The notes under the pieces are model-generated. The model was not told where the DNA came from and made no database searches. It was given only the letters and a program-made list of their open reading frames with translations. Both the position numbers and the translations under genes were made by a program. A DNA stretch of 63,060 nucleotides, counting the filler, from Octopus bimaculoides (taxonomy: Eukaryota): NCBI RefSeq assembly GCF_001194135.2. It is 7 parts of 7 records of this genome, joined end to end, with 100 filler letters (N's around TTAATTAATTAA, not from the genome) between each part and the next. Parts side by side here need not be neighbours in the genome. Positions count along the whole stretch, not along the records: positions 1 to 8,096 come from NC_069000.1; positions 8,197 to 17,166 come from NC_068985.1; 5 more parts are not named here. One strand, 5' to 3'. This document shows positions 1 to 13,565 of the stretch, in pieces; position 1 is the stretch's first letter; each line of letters starts with the position of its first letter.

Positions 1-149
1 TGGTGTGGTGATCACTGAAAGTCTTTTTGCTTTCTTTCTCTCTTTTCCCCCTTCTTTCTTTCTTTCTTCTTTCTTTTTCTCCTCTTTCCTTTTTTCCTCT
101 TTCTTTATCTCTTCTTTGAGTTATATTTATAATACAAAATGAACTGTCT

Positions 150-2392
150 CTGCTTTACTTTCAAACATTCAATTTTGGAAAGAATTTTTTGATGAAATGT
201 AGTTCCATTGCTTTTCGGTATTAGGGAAACATTTTGAATTTTCCATCGCTGCATATTTACAGATGTTTACTTAATGGAATCATGCGCAATTCCTTTTGTC
301 AGATATGTTGCCTGTGGATTCTTGCACGTTGGCAGAGGGAATTATTTGTTTCTCCAATGTAATAGTTTGGGCAGGTAATGCAATATATAAGGTTTTGCAT
401 TTTGCAGTACATATCTGCATTTATTTTGAAAAGGGATCCACTCTTGAATTTTATGTGGGAACCACTTTCTAAATATTTAAAGTTGTTGTTGTTTCATGTT
501 CCACATCTTCTATCTCCACATTCTTTTACTAAGAATTCTGATTCATTCTCTAATTTGAATTCTGCCCTTGTGAGGTGGTTTTAAAAATTTTTTGGTTGAC
601 GTCTACTATTCCATAAGGTGTTTTTCAATCAGATTTTTCATTTTGCGGCTTTGTAGGAGTATAGGTAAATTCGATTTTATGGTGTGAAAGATGTTGGTTA
701 TTCCAGGACTCTGTGTGTTAACAAACAAAATCATATTTTCATTAACTTTTTCCATAGGTGTCTGTAGTTGGGTAATGTTCAGTTTCATTCCCTTTTTAAT
801 TCTCTCATTAATTAATCCTAAGGGAGTATTTCTGCATTGTGAGGAAGTCTTTGAGTTCGTTGAGTTGGATTTCATGTATTTTGGGGTCAGTCACTATAGC
901 ACAGATGTGTCTTGCCATGCTGTATGGGATGTTTCTTTTTGTGATGGATGGCAAAAGTAGAAATTTAAATACTGGGGTGTGTCAGTTTTTTTTTATAAAA
1001 TATGTCTGTTGTGACTGTGGAGTTCTGTAGTTTTATGTGGATATCCAGGAATGGCAATTCATTGCAATTGGATTCTGTTGTGAATTTGATGGATGGGTGA
1101 AGTGTGTTCAGTATATTGCTAAATATACTTAGATCTTCACTCGATTTGTCCCAGAAGATGAAGTAATCATCAAGAAAGTGTTTACACTTCTTTAAGATAT
1201 ATTTCTTGTATTTCTGATCAAACGTTTTTCCTACTTCCTCATAAAGTTTTTCTTCCAAGTATCCCATAGCTAAGTTTGCATATGAGGACGTAAACCATGT
1301 CTCCATACCCATACCCTTTATCTGTTGTTATGTTTTATTGTCGAATCTAAAGGTATTTTCTTCTAGTGCTAGGCACGTGGCCTTGGTCATGAAGTCAGTC
1401 TTGAAGCATTCATTTATTTGTCCTCTATGTTTCTCTACCCAGTGTTTGATTGCTTCTAGGCCTAAAGTGTGAGGTATATTAGTATAGAGATTGGTGACAT
1501 CAAAACTGGTAAGTGTAGTACCTTCTGTGACAGTGGGAGGGATGTGTTGGATGAAAGCTATGCCATCCCTGGGTATTAAAGGGCACAAGGGTTTTAGGAG
1601 TATATCTAAAAAATGACTTAACTGTTGTGTTGGTGCTTGAGAGCAACTGTTGGTCTTAGTTTGAGATCAGCGGGCCTTAGTATCTTTACGTACTGGTTCT
1701 TCTGCTTATTTATGGCACTTAGTATTTCGGAGCTTTTGTGGATTTTGGGCAATCCATAGAAATCGCTCTCTTTGATTACAGAGTTGCATATATAATCTTT
1801 CTCCTTGTCTGTGAAGGAATCATGGAATTCACTGATTAGTCTTCTGATTTTATTCATTATTGTTTTTTTCTGGGTGTGTTGGTTCTTCCTTGTAGTAGGT
1901 TTGGTTTGTTAACATCTCCAATATTTTATCTTTATAATAGTCCTTGTCCATGATTACTATGGCCCCTCCATTATCAGCTTCTTTTAGAATGATTGAGTTG
2001 TTGTTCTTCAGTGATTGTAAGGCTTCCTTTTCTTCTTCATGAAGGTTTTGTTTGCATCTGTGGGTATTTAGGGGTAATTTTGAAATCCTGCCAATATACG
2101 CATCTAAATATTTGTCCTTTCTCTTGTAAGGGGTGAAGTGGGATTTATTTCTGACTATTGATTCATCATTTAAATCCTTACTGCTGAAGAATTCTATAAG
2201 TCAGAGGTGGTGGTTGAAGTGTTCAATATCAGATTTCAGTTCAATGAAATTAGGGGTGGGTGTTGGGGTAAACTTGAAACCTTTTAATAGGAGGTTCATC
2301 TCATTCCTCTCGAGGTTTCTATTTGACAAATTCCAAAATTCTGGTGACCTTTTTTCTTGATATTCAATATCTGTACACCACACCTAACACTC
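150..2392 (-). mobile_element. Degenerate, near full-length Penelope-like retroelement (RT + GIY-YIG endonuclease)
   Basis: Frameshifted minus-strand fragments in order: N-term NLSNRNL..LLLKGFKFTPTP (2201-2383), FYGLPKIHK..LKLRP (1618-1857), TSFDVTNLYTNIPH (1328-1588), SYANLAMGYLE..FLDDYFIFW..LNTLHPSIKFT..LPFLD (965-1312). Manual translation of about 240-415 gives NLIYCITCPNYYIGETNNSLCQRARIH (GIY-YIG). Boundaries approximate. Confidence 0.92.
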
Positions 2393-2395
2393 TAT

Positions 2396-2436
<41 letters not shown>

Positions 2437-2740
2437 AATATTCACAATAATCTCTTCTGACACCCTGCTTCAGAAAGCAACATGCAGGATCTTGCCGTTT
2501 TCTAAATGCTGAAGGGACTGGTCAAAAATGATCTCTTGAGAATTTCTTCCCTTCCTTGATGACCACAAATATAGATGCACACAGACTTCATTGGAGATCA
2601 GTTTTTTTGTCACATACAAATAACTTCTTGTACTGGAAGAGATTTTGAATAAAACTATTATTGCTTTTTGTATCAACATACTCTTTGCTTTTGTCTATCA
2701 ACAGAATGTCAGAGTTGAACTGGTATTATAACCATTTACA

Positions 2741-4050
2741 TTATTGTAAAAAGATATTTATGGGGAGGTTCCATAAATTAAACAATTTTATCCAGTTTGT
2801 GCTAAAAAGGTTTGTTGTATTTTTTGATACAAAAACTTTAGCCTTCAAAGTTTTCCCACGAATTGTTGCCTTACTAATCATTTCGCCCAAAAATTGTAAT
2901 TGTTTTCCTGAGATGCCTCTTGCCATTTTTGTAGTTTTTCTCAATGAAGGCCTTCCTATTTTTTTCCATGTATCCTTGTAAATTATTGTGATGTCACTAC
3001 CTGTGTCCAACTGTAGTTTCATATTCAAATTCTTTATTTCTATAGTGACAAATTTTCTTTTTTGTGCCTTGCTTTGCATTTGTGTTGACAATACTTTTTT
3101 TCTCGAATTTTTTTTTGTTTGACCTTTTTTGTTTCTCCCAAAAATGTGAACTCTTGTGTCCAATTTTCCCACATCCAAAAACATTTTAGATTCTTAAAAG
3201 GGCAGTTTCTTTTGAAATGTATTTCTCCATACCCATAACATGGTTTGGGTATTGAGTTTGTTTTTCTTTTTTCATATCTGTTACTGGTTGACACATATCT
3301 ATATTTGAATAGTCCTTTTCAATTTTTTTCTGCGTCCTGACACAGATTTATAATTCTTTGGCATTTTTCAACCACTTTTAGAGTTAGTTTTGAATCTTGT
3401 TCAAGCTTTGTCAATATTCGAACCCTTATATCTGCATCTTTACTTGCCGTTAATCCTTGTATGAAGATTAAACATTTAAACATGTCCAGGCTTAATTCGT
3501 TGAGTTTAAATTTTTCACATTCTCTATTTACGATTCCAGCATACGTGACAAAATCTTCCGTTTCTTTTTTTTTTCACATTCAAACACTCCCAGTGAATAT
3601 TAAATAGTATACTTATTTCACTGAATATTTCAAATAATAGCTTAATTGTTTCTTTGAAACAAATTTCGGATGGTTTTTCTTGGCAAGATCTAATCACAAA
3701 ACTTTCCATGTTCTGCTGGTGATAATTTCCTTAAAAAAGATGTACCTTCTTTCCATCCATCCAACTTTTACACTCTTCCTTGAAGATTCCTTCATATCTT
3801 CTGAAGTATGCAGAAAACATGACCCCTTCTTCTGGATTATACGTGAATTCTTCAATTGAATTAGCAACCACGTCTACCGAAAACAAACTTGAAGTGTCTT
3901 TTGAATGCAACAATAATTCCAACAATTATTGATTTTGTTGTTATTGCTGTCGTACCTGTTCTTGTTGTTGTTGTTGCAACTGAACCATGGAAGCTAATAG
4001 GTCTTCCATGCTAAGAATGTCCACTGTGAGCTTTGAATGTCTCGTCGCCA
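2741..4050 (-). mobile_element. Gypsy (K02A2.6-like) LTR retrotransposon internal region: PBS, degenerate gag with zinc knuckle, aspartic protease; truncated before RT
   Basis: PBS-like TGGCGACGAG at 4050-4041 directly after the LTR. Gag FTYNPEEGVMFSAYFRRYEGIF (3731-3925), knuckle relic PCYGYGEIHFKRNCP, protease KLQLDTGSDITII (2741-3184). No RT, RNase H or integrase recognised. Confidence 0.88.
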
Positions 4051-4051
4051 C

Positions 4052-4321
4052 TGTTGTGTCTCGATACTATTATGACCGTCTTTGAACTCACTGGATATGC
4101 CACTTTATAACATGGACTTAAAACAAGGTTATAACAATACAAATATAAATCAGAAACAACACATAACAAACAATATCTCTTCTCAATGACTTCTAAGACT
4201 GTCTTCACAAAGCGTCCACACACACCTCACTGTCCCTCACTGACAGTGTGCATGCGTCTTTATACGGTTTAGGACAGTTGACTTGCTTATCCCACAGGGG
4301 TGTCAGGATTTCACCACAACA
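4052..4321 (-). mobile_element. 5' LTR of the Gypsy element
   Basis: 270 bp bounded by TGTTGTG...CACAACA inverted termini (TG...CA), adjacent to the PBS, with TATAAAG inside. Confidence 0.75.
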
Positions 4322-5368
4322 AAAAAAAAAAAAACCCTAAAAAGATGGGATGCTCATGGTTGGAATGCCTTTGATCTTAAGTCTGTTTAACAGTATTGAT
4401 CTGGTGCAAAACAACAACATCCACATTAATATTGTTATGCACATGACAATCTGTTACAGTGGCTCCTAAACTTTTCTTTTAATTTCGGGAGACAACATGC
4501 AGTGACATGTTCTCTGGTTCCAACCTTGCTGCAAGTCCAAGTGTCACCACCCATGGTGCAGAGGAGAGAAAAATCAATAAATGTAGGGGCCTGATCAGCT
4601 GCTGTCAGAGGTCAGCTGTTTTAGGACTCTGTACTACTGATTTCTTCTGCAAAATAGGGATAGTGACAACCTGTTGGAGAAACGAACTCCACAAGGTGGA
4701 GTGGTTGCTGCAGTGAGTGTCACTCGCCATTCTCCACAGCAGTACCATCACAGTCATTACTCAAGTGTGTGGCTGAGCATACCATCTGTTCTGAGGTATG
4801 TGGCTCATTTTCCCCTCCATCTTCTGCTGCATTACTTAACCCCTTTTTTCTTTTCTTTCTTATCTCTCTTTTTTCCATTTTTCTGTACAGTTAAATTTGA
4901 AGAAATAAAAATGATAACTGAACATGTATTTCACTTGAAACAAAAGAATTCATGGTTTAGAATAAATAAAAATATTTTGGTGTATGCATAAAGTAAAAAA
5001 AAATAATGTATTAAACAAAGGTTATATATTTTAGTCTATAAACATAAATAATTTGAACTATGGACAATTATTAAATTTCTATTATTTCATTATGCAATAA
5101 ATGAAGTATAGGTTTAAAATTTGAGTTTGTATTTTTCACAATTCTAAAAATATGCTTTATTGTATTTGCAGCACTATATAAGAATCACTGGTTTACCATG
5201 GGAATTTATCCAGAAAAATCTGGAAATTCAATTTGAAAAGGTACATAGAACTGCTGAAGCATTTTATCCAGACACAATTGAAAAATTGTAGTAGATAAAC
5301 ATACATACAAATGCATTCAAGTTATACATACATAGAGATGTATATAGAGAAGTGTTTGCAATACTTAC

Positions 5369-5653
5369 GAGGTACTTGCAGCCAGGCAGGTTGACTGATG
5401 AGTGATCCAACATCAGTAGTTGCAATACAATAATACATTCCTTCATGGGAATATAATGTATTTCCAGAATGGAATTCACTTATGGAAAGACTGGTCCCAT
5501 TTACCATAACTCCTTGATAGTCATTATTGATGGGTTTATCTTGATAGTACCATTGTACCTGAGCTGATACAGGTGTTACTGGACATGTCAAGACAACTGG
5601 ACTATTTTGAAGTACTACAGTGGACATTGGTTCTTGTAAGTATTGAATCAGTT
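5369..5653 (-). CDS. Internal coding exon, Ig domain, most similar to Ig1 of Ihog/CDON/BOC-type Hedgehog co-receptors
   Basis: Acceptor tttctcttctctttcag|AA and donor C|gtaagt give a 285-nt phase 1-1 exon. Translation (E)LIQYLQEPMSTVVLQNSPVVLTCPVTPVSAQVQWYYQDKP...SLSI...EGMYYCIATTDVGSLISQPAWLQVP has the Ig C-W-YxC pattern. The EP.S.V..VVL.C...P...W and G...S.PA motifs match CDON/BOC Ig1 from memory; a DCC/Robo-like identity is not excluded. Confidence 0.88.
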
Positions 5654-5729
5654 CTGAAAGAGAAGAGAAACTTTTTTTAAGCATGTGTGAAAATGTACAA
5701 AAGAAATGTAAAAAACCCCCCAAAAAACT

Positions 5730-5768
<39 letters not shown>

Positions 5769-7727
5769 CATCCAGCTGTAAAAACTATGTCAAAACTGAC
5801 TGAAACGTTAAAGACTTTCTCTATTCCCAAGCGTTAAACTAATACATCCTTTTGTTGTTTACACCACCTGTCCTCGTCTGTTGTTGTTTTTTCTGTAAAT
5901 TCTCCCATATATATGTATATATATGTATGTATGTGTGTGTGTGTATGTGTATATATATATATATATATGTATGTATATATATGTGTGTATATACATGCAT
6001 AAATATATATATTTTCTCTCTCTTATTCTTTTACTTCCTCTTCTCTCACTATTCTATCCTATTACTCTGTCACTCTGTCACTCCTCCTCTCTTGCTCACA
6101 TGACCATTGGCCAAATTTCTTTCTCTCCATTGTAGATAGAACAAGGAAGACGTGTTCTTGTTTGTCTCCTGTCCTAGCTTGATTTACATGTTTGCTACCA
6201 CAACCTCGTTTAGGCTTACCAGCACTTCCTGTTTGTTTTCATTGTTCTGTTTGTGTTACTTATTTTGACCCTCCACAAAACCCCAAATTTTATTTAATTT
6301 GCTTTGCAAAAGCAACCGTTTTATCGAAAGCATATATTGTTGTTAAATGCTCGAAATACAAGACTAGAAAAATAGCCAACAACTGATGAAGGGTTATTCT
6401 TTATGTTGTTTGTTTTGTTTCTATTTGTGTTTTTCGTTGTTCGAAAGAACAGTTCATGTTTCATGCATGTGTGCTTTGTACCTTTTTGTTGTACACATTT
6501 CATGACATCCTGTACCCACATATGCATATATATATATATATANNNNNNNNNNNNNNNNNNNNNNNNNNNNNNNNNNNNNNNNNNNNNNNNNNNNNNNNNN
6601 NNNNNNNNNNNNNNNNNNNNNNNNNNNNNNNNNNNNNNNNNNNNNNNNNNNNNNNNNNNNNNNNNNNNNNNNNNNNNNNNNNNNNNNNNNNNNNNNNNNN
6701 NNNNNNNNNNNNNNNNNNNNNNNNNNNNNNNNNNNNNNNNNNNNNNNNNNNNNNNNNNNNNNNNNNNNNNNNNNNNNNNNNNNNNNNNNNNNNNNNNNNN
6801 NNNNNNNNNNNNNNNNNNNNNNNNNNNNNNNNNNNNNNNNNNNNNNNNNNNNNNNNNNNNNNNNNNNNNNNNNNNNNNNNNNNNNNNNNNNNNNNNNNNN
6901 NNNNNNNNNNNNNNNNNNNNNNNNNNNNNNNNNNNNNNNNNNNNNNNNNNNNNNNNNNNNNNNNNNNNNNNNNNNNNNNNNNNNNNNNNNNNNNNNNNNN
7001 NNNNNNNNNNNNNNNNNNNNNNNNNNNNNNNNNNNNNNNNNNNNNNNNNNNNNNNNNNNNNNNNNNNNNNNNNNNNNNNNNNNNNNNNNNNNNNNNNNNN
7101 NNNNNNNNNNNNNNNNNNNNNNNNNNNNNNNNNNNNNNNNNNNNNNNNNNNNNNNNNNNNNNNNNNNNNNNNNNNNNNNNNNNNNNNNNNNNNNNNNNNN
7201 NNNNNNNNNNNNNNNNNNNNNNNNNNNNNNNNNNNNNNNNNNNNNNNNNNNNNNNNNNNNNNNNNNNNNNNNNNNNNNNNNNNNNNNNNNNNNNNNNNNN
7301 NNNNNNNNNNNNNNNNNNNNNNNNNNNNNNNNNNNNNNNNNNNNNNNNNNNNNNNNNNNNNNNNNNNNNNNNNNNNNNNNNNNNNNNNNNNNNNNNNNNN
7401 NNNNNNNNNNNNNNNNNNNNNNNNNNNNNNNNNNNNNNNNNNNNNNNNNNNNNNNNNNNNNNNNNNNNNNNNNNNNNNNNNNNNNNNNNNNNNNNNNNNN
7501 NNNNNNNNNNNNNNNNNNNNNNTATATATATATAGATGAATGAATTATCCTTTGTTTACAGTTAACACAGAAAATTCAATAAGGAGTTACCATGGTAGCA
7601 AACTTCATGCAAGTAACAAGGATGTAGCGACCTACTCAAAGGTAGAAACTCAGGGTTAATGTGCAGTAATTTGTATAGTATAAGTAAATAAATGGAGTTG
7701 AACGCAGATGTTATTCAAATTCTTTTA

Positions 7728-7813
7728 CTTTCGACATATGTTTCGAAGACAGCATTGGTTTTATTCCAAAGGAATAAATGGTGTAAAATAATGTAATCTC
7801 CTCATCAGGAAAG
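7728..7813 (-). ncRNA. Type I hammerhead ribozyme fold, intact core, long helix II
   Basis: Minus strand: CUUUC-CUGAUGA-[GGAGAU...UUUAUUCC uuu GGAAUAAA...GUCUUC]-GAAA-CAUAU-GUC/GAAAG. Helix I is 5 bp, helix III is the palindrome ACAUAUGU, and the cleavage triplet is GUC. Confidence 0.8.
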
Positions 7814-7920
7814 AAAGAGAACCAATCTCAACAACACTTAATACTTAATAGCATTCTGTTTATCATTTATGCAGTCATCAAAATTGTTATAATGTGTTGT
7901 TGTTGAGTTTGATTCTCTTT

Positions 7921-8006
7921 CTTTCCTGTTGAGAAGATTACATTATTTTACACCGTTTATTCCTTTGGAATAAAACCAGTGTTGTCTTCGAAACATATGT
8001 CGCAAG
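7921..8006 (+). ncRNA. Mirror hammerhead copy with mutated core (CUGUUGA)
   Basis: CTTTC-CTGTTGA-GAAGA...TCTTC-GAAA-CATAT-GTC-GCAAG; A6U change and one helix I mismatch. Confidence 0.55.
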
Positions 8007-8033
8007 TAAAAGAATTTGAATAACATCTGTGTT

Positions 8034-8070
<37 letters not shown>

Positions 8071-8279
8071 TGTTTGAGACCAGACATGTCATAACANNNN
8101 NNNNNNNNNNNNNNNNNNNNNNNNNNNNNNNNNNNNNNNNTTAATTAATTAANNNNNNNNNNNNNNNNNNNNNNNNNNNNNNNNNNNNNNNNNNNNTATA
8201 TATATATATGGTACATATATATATGTATATATATATACACACATAAGACCTGCATTTATGTACATATACCTGTGATTGT

Positions 8280-8327
<48 letters not shown>

Positions 8328-10570
8328 ATATACGTATCTATATAGGTGTGAACATATGTGATGGAGCGTGTATGCATGTCACTTCAGCTACGAGCAGGTG
8401 TAAGATGCATTTGCCTGATTTGGTTCTAACGTATCATATTAACATAATTGTTCATTAGTCTCTGGCAGTGAGTATACATTTACAGTCCCATATATGTACG
8501 TGTGTGCATGTATGTATATATGTGTGTATAACTGCACTTATGTAAAGTAGGTATATAGGTGCTGGTATGACTGCACACAAACGTTTGTGTTACGATTGTT
8601 TCATTTGATTATATTCATTTGATGGGTTTGTCTTATAATTTTGTTTTAGTAGTAAATTTGTTTCTTTGTGCAGGTGAGACAAATTCGCAATATTGCTGTG
8701 CATGAAAAAAGAAGTTTCTTTATGTTTACATAGTTGTTCTGTAAAATATCATACACATTTTCTAATGCACCTGCATAAATGATTTCCAGCATACCATCAC
8801 CTCACGTATATATTAAGAATTCTAGGGCAGATACTGAATATATATANNNNNNNNNNNNNNNNNNNNNNNNNNNNNNNNNNNNNNNNNNNNNNNNNNNNNN
8901 NNNNNNNNNNNNNNNNNNNNNNNNNNNNNNNNNNNNNNNNNNNNNNNNNNNNNNNNNNNNNNNNNNNNNNNNNNNNNNNNNNNNNNNNNNNNNNNNNNNN
9001 NNNNNNNNNNNNNNNNNNNNNNNNNNNNNNNNNNNNNNNNNNNNNNNNNNNNNNNNNNNNNNNNNNNNNNNNNNNNNNNNNNNNNNNNNNNNNNNNNNNN
9101 NNNNNNNNNNNNNNNNNNNNNNNNNNNNNNNNNNNNNNNNNNNNNNNATATATATATATATATATATATACATATATATAGATGTATATTAATATATATG
9201 TAAATAATTCATATGTATCTATGTATGTAAATCGATATATACATAATTTATACATGTATATATATATATATGTGTATATGTGTATATATATATCTATGCA
9301 GACAGCACCACTCACACACACACAAACACACACATACACACCCACACGTAATATTTGTTTCATGTATTTATACAATGTGCTGGCCACACGGCTAATGCTC
9401 TCACCCTGAATTTGATTTTGCATTGAACCTTGTCATCGTCTAAATCATACATTTATATTTTAGCTTGCCTCGTGCGAAGACAGATAAGAAGTAGTGGCAT
9501 ATTACCTAGGCACCTAGTGATAACTATTGGGAGAGGAATTAAACGAGTGGTAATATAATGTCAGAGAGAGGGGGTGGAGAGAGAGAAAGTGGGAAGGAAG
9601 AATGGAGGGAGAGAGTGACCAATAGAGAGATAGAGCGAGAGAGAGAAGAGGACGCTGAGATAAAGGGGGATGGGTAAGAGTGTTGGAGAGAGAGGGAAGG
9701 AGAGGGAAACATAATGAGAGAGAGAGAGACAGAAATAGAATGAGAGAGAGAGTGTTACAAAATAAATAGTACCAGAGAGCTTGCATGAACTTCAGTTAAC
9801 GCATATTCAAAGTGCTGAGGCTCAGAATGATGGGGCTCCACCGAAGATGATTACTACAGCAGAGATGACCTGCATGACACTGCCATTTTGAGTCAGGCTG
9901 TTACGAATGCAAATTTGTGCTGCAAAATGATGGCTGACTCATATTTTGATCGACCGTTACGAGAGTGTGCATATATTAACATTAGAAAGAATTTTCATAT
10001 AAGCGAAGGAATCTTAACGCGCTTGATCGACCTGCTAGATATACCAGCAATCTCTCTCTCTTTAAACTCACTTCTTAAACTGCATCTTATAAAATCAGAC
10101 AATATAATCATATATTTAAGGCTCATGTTAATATGTATACAAGATCGAGTGTAACTTGGAGGAAACAAAATGAAAGAAAACAGTGGCCGACAGTTGCAAC
10201 AATAGACCGTCCGACAGGCTGCTGCAAATTACTCAGCATCCAGTAGAGGTGGATAACCGAATGGGGTCGTGAAGTATTAGTGTTACCAAGTCATGTCCGA
10301 GTTCTTTTGGTTCACACAGTGACAGATTTTTAGACACTCATCTCCACGCACGCTACACATAAACTTGTTCACACACACTCAGTCTCTCTCTCTCTCTCGT
10401 TCTCTCTCTCTCTTTCTCTCTCTCTCTCTATATCTCTCTCTCTCTCTCTTCCTCTATTTTTCTCTCTCACACGCGTACAAACACACTTATATATGCCTTC
10501 AGCTTTATCCTCATATTTTCCTAATACATACAGTTGTATTTACCTGTGTATTTAACAAGCAACACACTAT

Positions 10571-10630
<60 letters not shown>

Positions 10631-10888
10631 GTATCTAGTATATATATATATATATNNNNNNNNNNNNNNNNNNNNNNNNNNNNNNNNNNNNNNNNNNNNN
10701 NNNNNNNNNNNNNNNNNNNNNNNNNNNNNNNNNNNNNNNNNNNNNNNNNNNNNNNNNNNNNNNNNNNNNNNNNNNNNNNNNNNNNNNNNNNNNNNNNNNN
10801 NNNNNNNNNNNNNNNNNNNNNNNNNNNNNNNNNNNNNNNNNNNNNNNNNNNNNNNNNNNNNNNNNNNNNNNNNNNNNNNNNNNNNNNN

Positions 10889-10933
<45 letters not shown>

Positions 10934-12541
10934 GTACGTGTGTATTCGTATGTGTATGCATGTGTGTAGGACTAGTTATCATATTTGTTTTTCTATCTCT
11001 CTAATATTATGTACCCTATGAACATTCAATTAGATTTTGGCAACCATTCCATCCTCATTTCATTTCTTACTTATACGCTCATATACGTAATTAATGAATA
11101 CAGACATATACATGCATACATACTTGTAAACACACACACACATACACATACATAAATGTATAACATACCACCTGTAGATTTTCCCATTATAAGTTATTCC
11201 AAAAGAACACTACCCGACCCTCAGGCATTGCATCGTTCTCTTAGACAATCACTGAAACCAATGAAAACCAATGCGTATTCAAAGACGGATCTAAAGAATA
11301 TAGAAAATAGACAATTAAAGACTCACGACAAATACAGAAACACACATACACACACAGCTATACATACACTCACATATAATTTACAAAGTGGTTTTCTAAG
11401 GTAGAAGCAGTGTACATTTTAGTTAGTTTTTCTCTTTTACTGCTTTTCTACAATTTAATCCGAATTTTTTTTTGTTTGTCATATTCCCAGATTATTAACA
11501 ATCGGAATAGTAACATCAAAGAGGATTTTTTTGGATCGATTCACTTGTAGAGCTTTTAATATCTGCTGCATTCATTACGTACGAATGCTCTCGGTGATAT
11601 TAGCATTTGTTTGTATAGTCTTGAAATGTCAGAGAAATCAATTTAAAATAAAATATAATGAAAAGGAGAAGAAAACACGAAAATAGAGAAATCAAGGAAT
11701 GAGTAAAACAGAGAAGAGGTGGTGGAGGTAGTTAGAGTAGAAAAAAAGAAAGCATGCTGTCTGTTTGTGTGCACTAGAAATAATGATAGAAAAAGAGAGA
11801 AGTGAGAAGTGGGAAAGAATGAGAAGCGGGGATCTGAAAATCTTTCAAGAATTCATACATTTGGTAAGCGACAAGTGTGTAAAACCGATTAGAAGAATTG
11901 CTAGTTTGATGTCAATAGATTTGCAAGGAATGTTTGCTAAGCCCTTGTAATGTGCGGTAGATGTTATCTCATTCCAGTGAACTGCTTTAATGAGAAATGA
12001 CAAGCTATAACGTTTCTTTCATTTAAATTGTTTCCAAAATAGCTAAAACCTAAAAATATAGAGCGAGAAATTATTACTCCGACTACCACTAGATTGGTAG
12101 AGGTGTACTTATATTTGATATGGCATGTTCTGTAAATAAATGCCTTTATATATTTCACAGACGAAAGTATATCTTTGGTCACTAAAAGTTTAATTAATAT
12201 TATGTTGAAACACCTTTTCACAAAACAAGTTCAAAATTACATGTCGAAGAAGCAAAATTATCCCAAATTCGAAAGAGATTATGCTTAATTACCTTGCTTT
12301 TTCAGTGTTGTACTTAAATTTTTCGGAAGATACTGCATACACTCATTAAATTAATTCTAGAAAATCTGTAAAATCAAAATAAATAAATAACAATTGTGAA
12401 AGAAAAGATCAAACATATAACTGAAGTAATAAAATTAGCTCGGCTCTATTTTCTGAGTGTACATCTTTGTATGCCGGCGTGTGTGTGTATGTGTGTGTGT
12501 GAGAGTGTGTGTGTGTGTGTGGGTGTGTGTGTGTGTGTGTA

Positions 12542-12582
<41 letters not shown>

Positions 12583-13527
12583 CCCAGGCAGAAGAGATTC
12601 AAGAGAAAATAGAGAATATATCATGACTAATTATTTACTTTTAGATTAGAGACTTGTTCTGGATGCCTTCAATATAGTTGACATCACTGCCGCGCATAAA
12701 CGGCAGGTGAAGCTGTTAAACCGAGTAACAGTTTATGTTCACAAACCATTAAGAAGTTCAGTCCATGTGACGGACTTACTAACAAGTCCTAACATCTAAA
12801 TCTCACCGATAAAAATCTGTTTGACCTGTGGTTATGGCAGAAGACACTTCTGCAAGATGACTCATTGTAGGATCGAACTCAGTACAGCATGATTGGAAAA
12901 CGACCTTCTTAAACGTATGGTCATGATTTTGATGTATAAAATATAAGTTGGACTACTATGTTATGTAGTAGCTGGTAAACTCATGTCCTAGCTGTTCTGA
13001 AACCCTGTCTGCACAGATTGCAGCTTTTACAATAAAGACAATAACTTTATTGTGAGGAAACAAAATTCTGAACTCCATCTACGAGACAAGAAAAAATATG
13101 GGAAGTTTTCCAAATTTATGCTTAGAACTAAGAGGGAGCACTGCCAGAATCGTGAATGTCTTGATGGATTAGCTGACCGTGTTCTAACATTTAGAATAAA
13201 ATGAATGTAAAAGACAGAGTAATACAAAACAATATTTTGCCAAAACAAACAATGGCTGAAGATCTGAGAACAACAGAATTGGCAGGGGAGATGAGAGAAA
13301 GTTTGTGTTACAATTAGCAAAAGCATTGTAGATTTTACTCATTTATAATCGACGTCAAATAAAGGCCGGTTGTGCATTCTAGACGGATGACTGCTATTTG
13401 AAGGCGATCTAGATGTTTTATATATANNNNNNNNNNNNNNNNNNNNNNNNNNNNNNNNNNNNNNNNNNNNNNNNNNNNNNNNNNNNNNNNNNNNNNNNNN
13501 NNNNNNNNNNNNNNNNNNNNNNNNNNN

Positions 13528-13565
<38 letters not shown>

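Larger units (their letters stand above)
7698..8035. repeat. Inverted repeat (about 140-bp arms, 55-bp spacer), each arm carrying a hammerhead fold
   Basis: 7698-7837 is the reverse complement of 7893-8035 with few mismatches. Confidence 0.9.

Noticed and set aside
6375-6460. CTGATGAAGGG...GAAA as a hammerhead (also 53540-53550)
   Set aside because: No helix I, II or III pairing.
8141-8152. TTAATTAATTAA islands inside N-gaps (also 17211, 28798, 42560, 46952, 52046)
   Set aside because: Identical 12-mer centred in fixed-size gaps, with stops in all frames: a scaffolding spacer, not biology.
9885-9940. Two AP-1 sites (TGAGTCA, TGACTCA)
   Set aside because: Short motifs expected by chance, with no supporting evidence.
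10120-10239. Possible signal-peptide exon for the Ig gene (MLSNLQQ...CFLSFCFLQV)
   Set aside because: Stops after 38 aa and has no phase-1 donor in frame.
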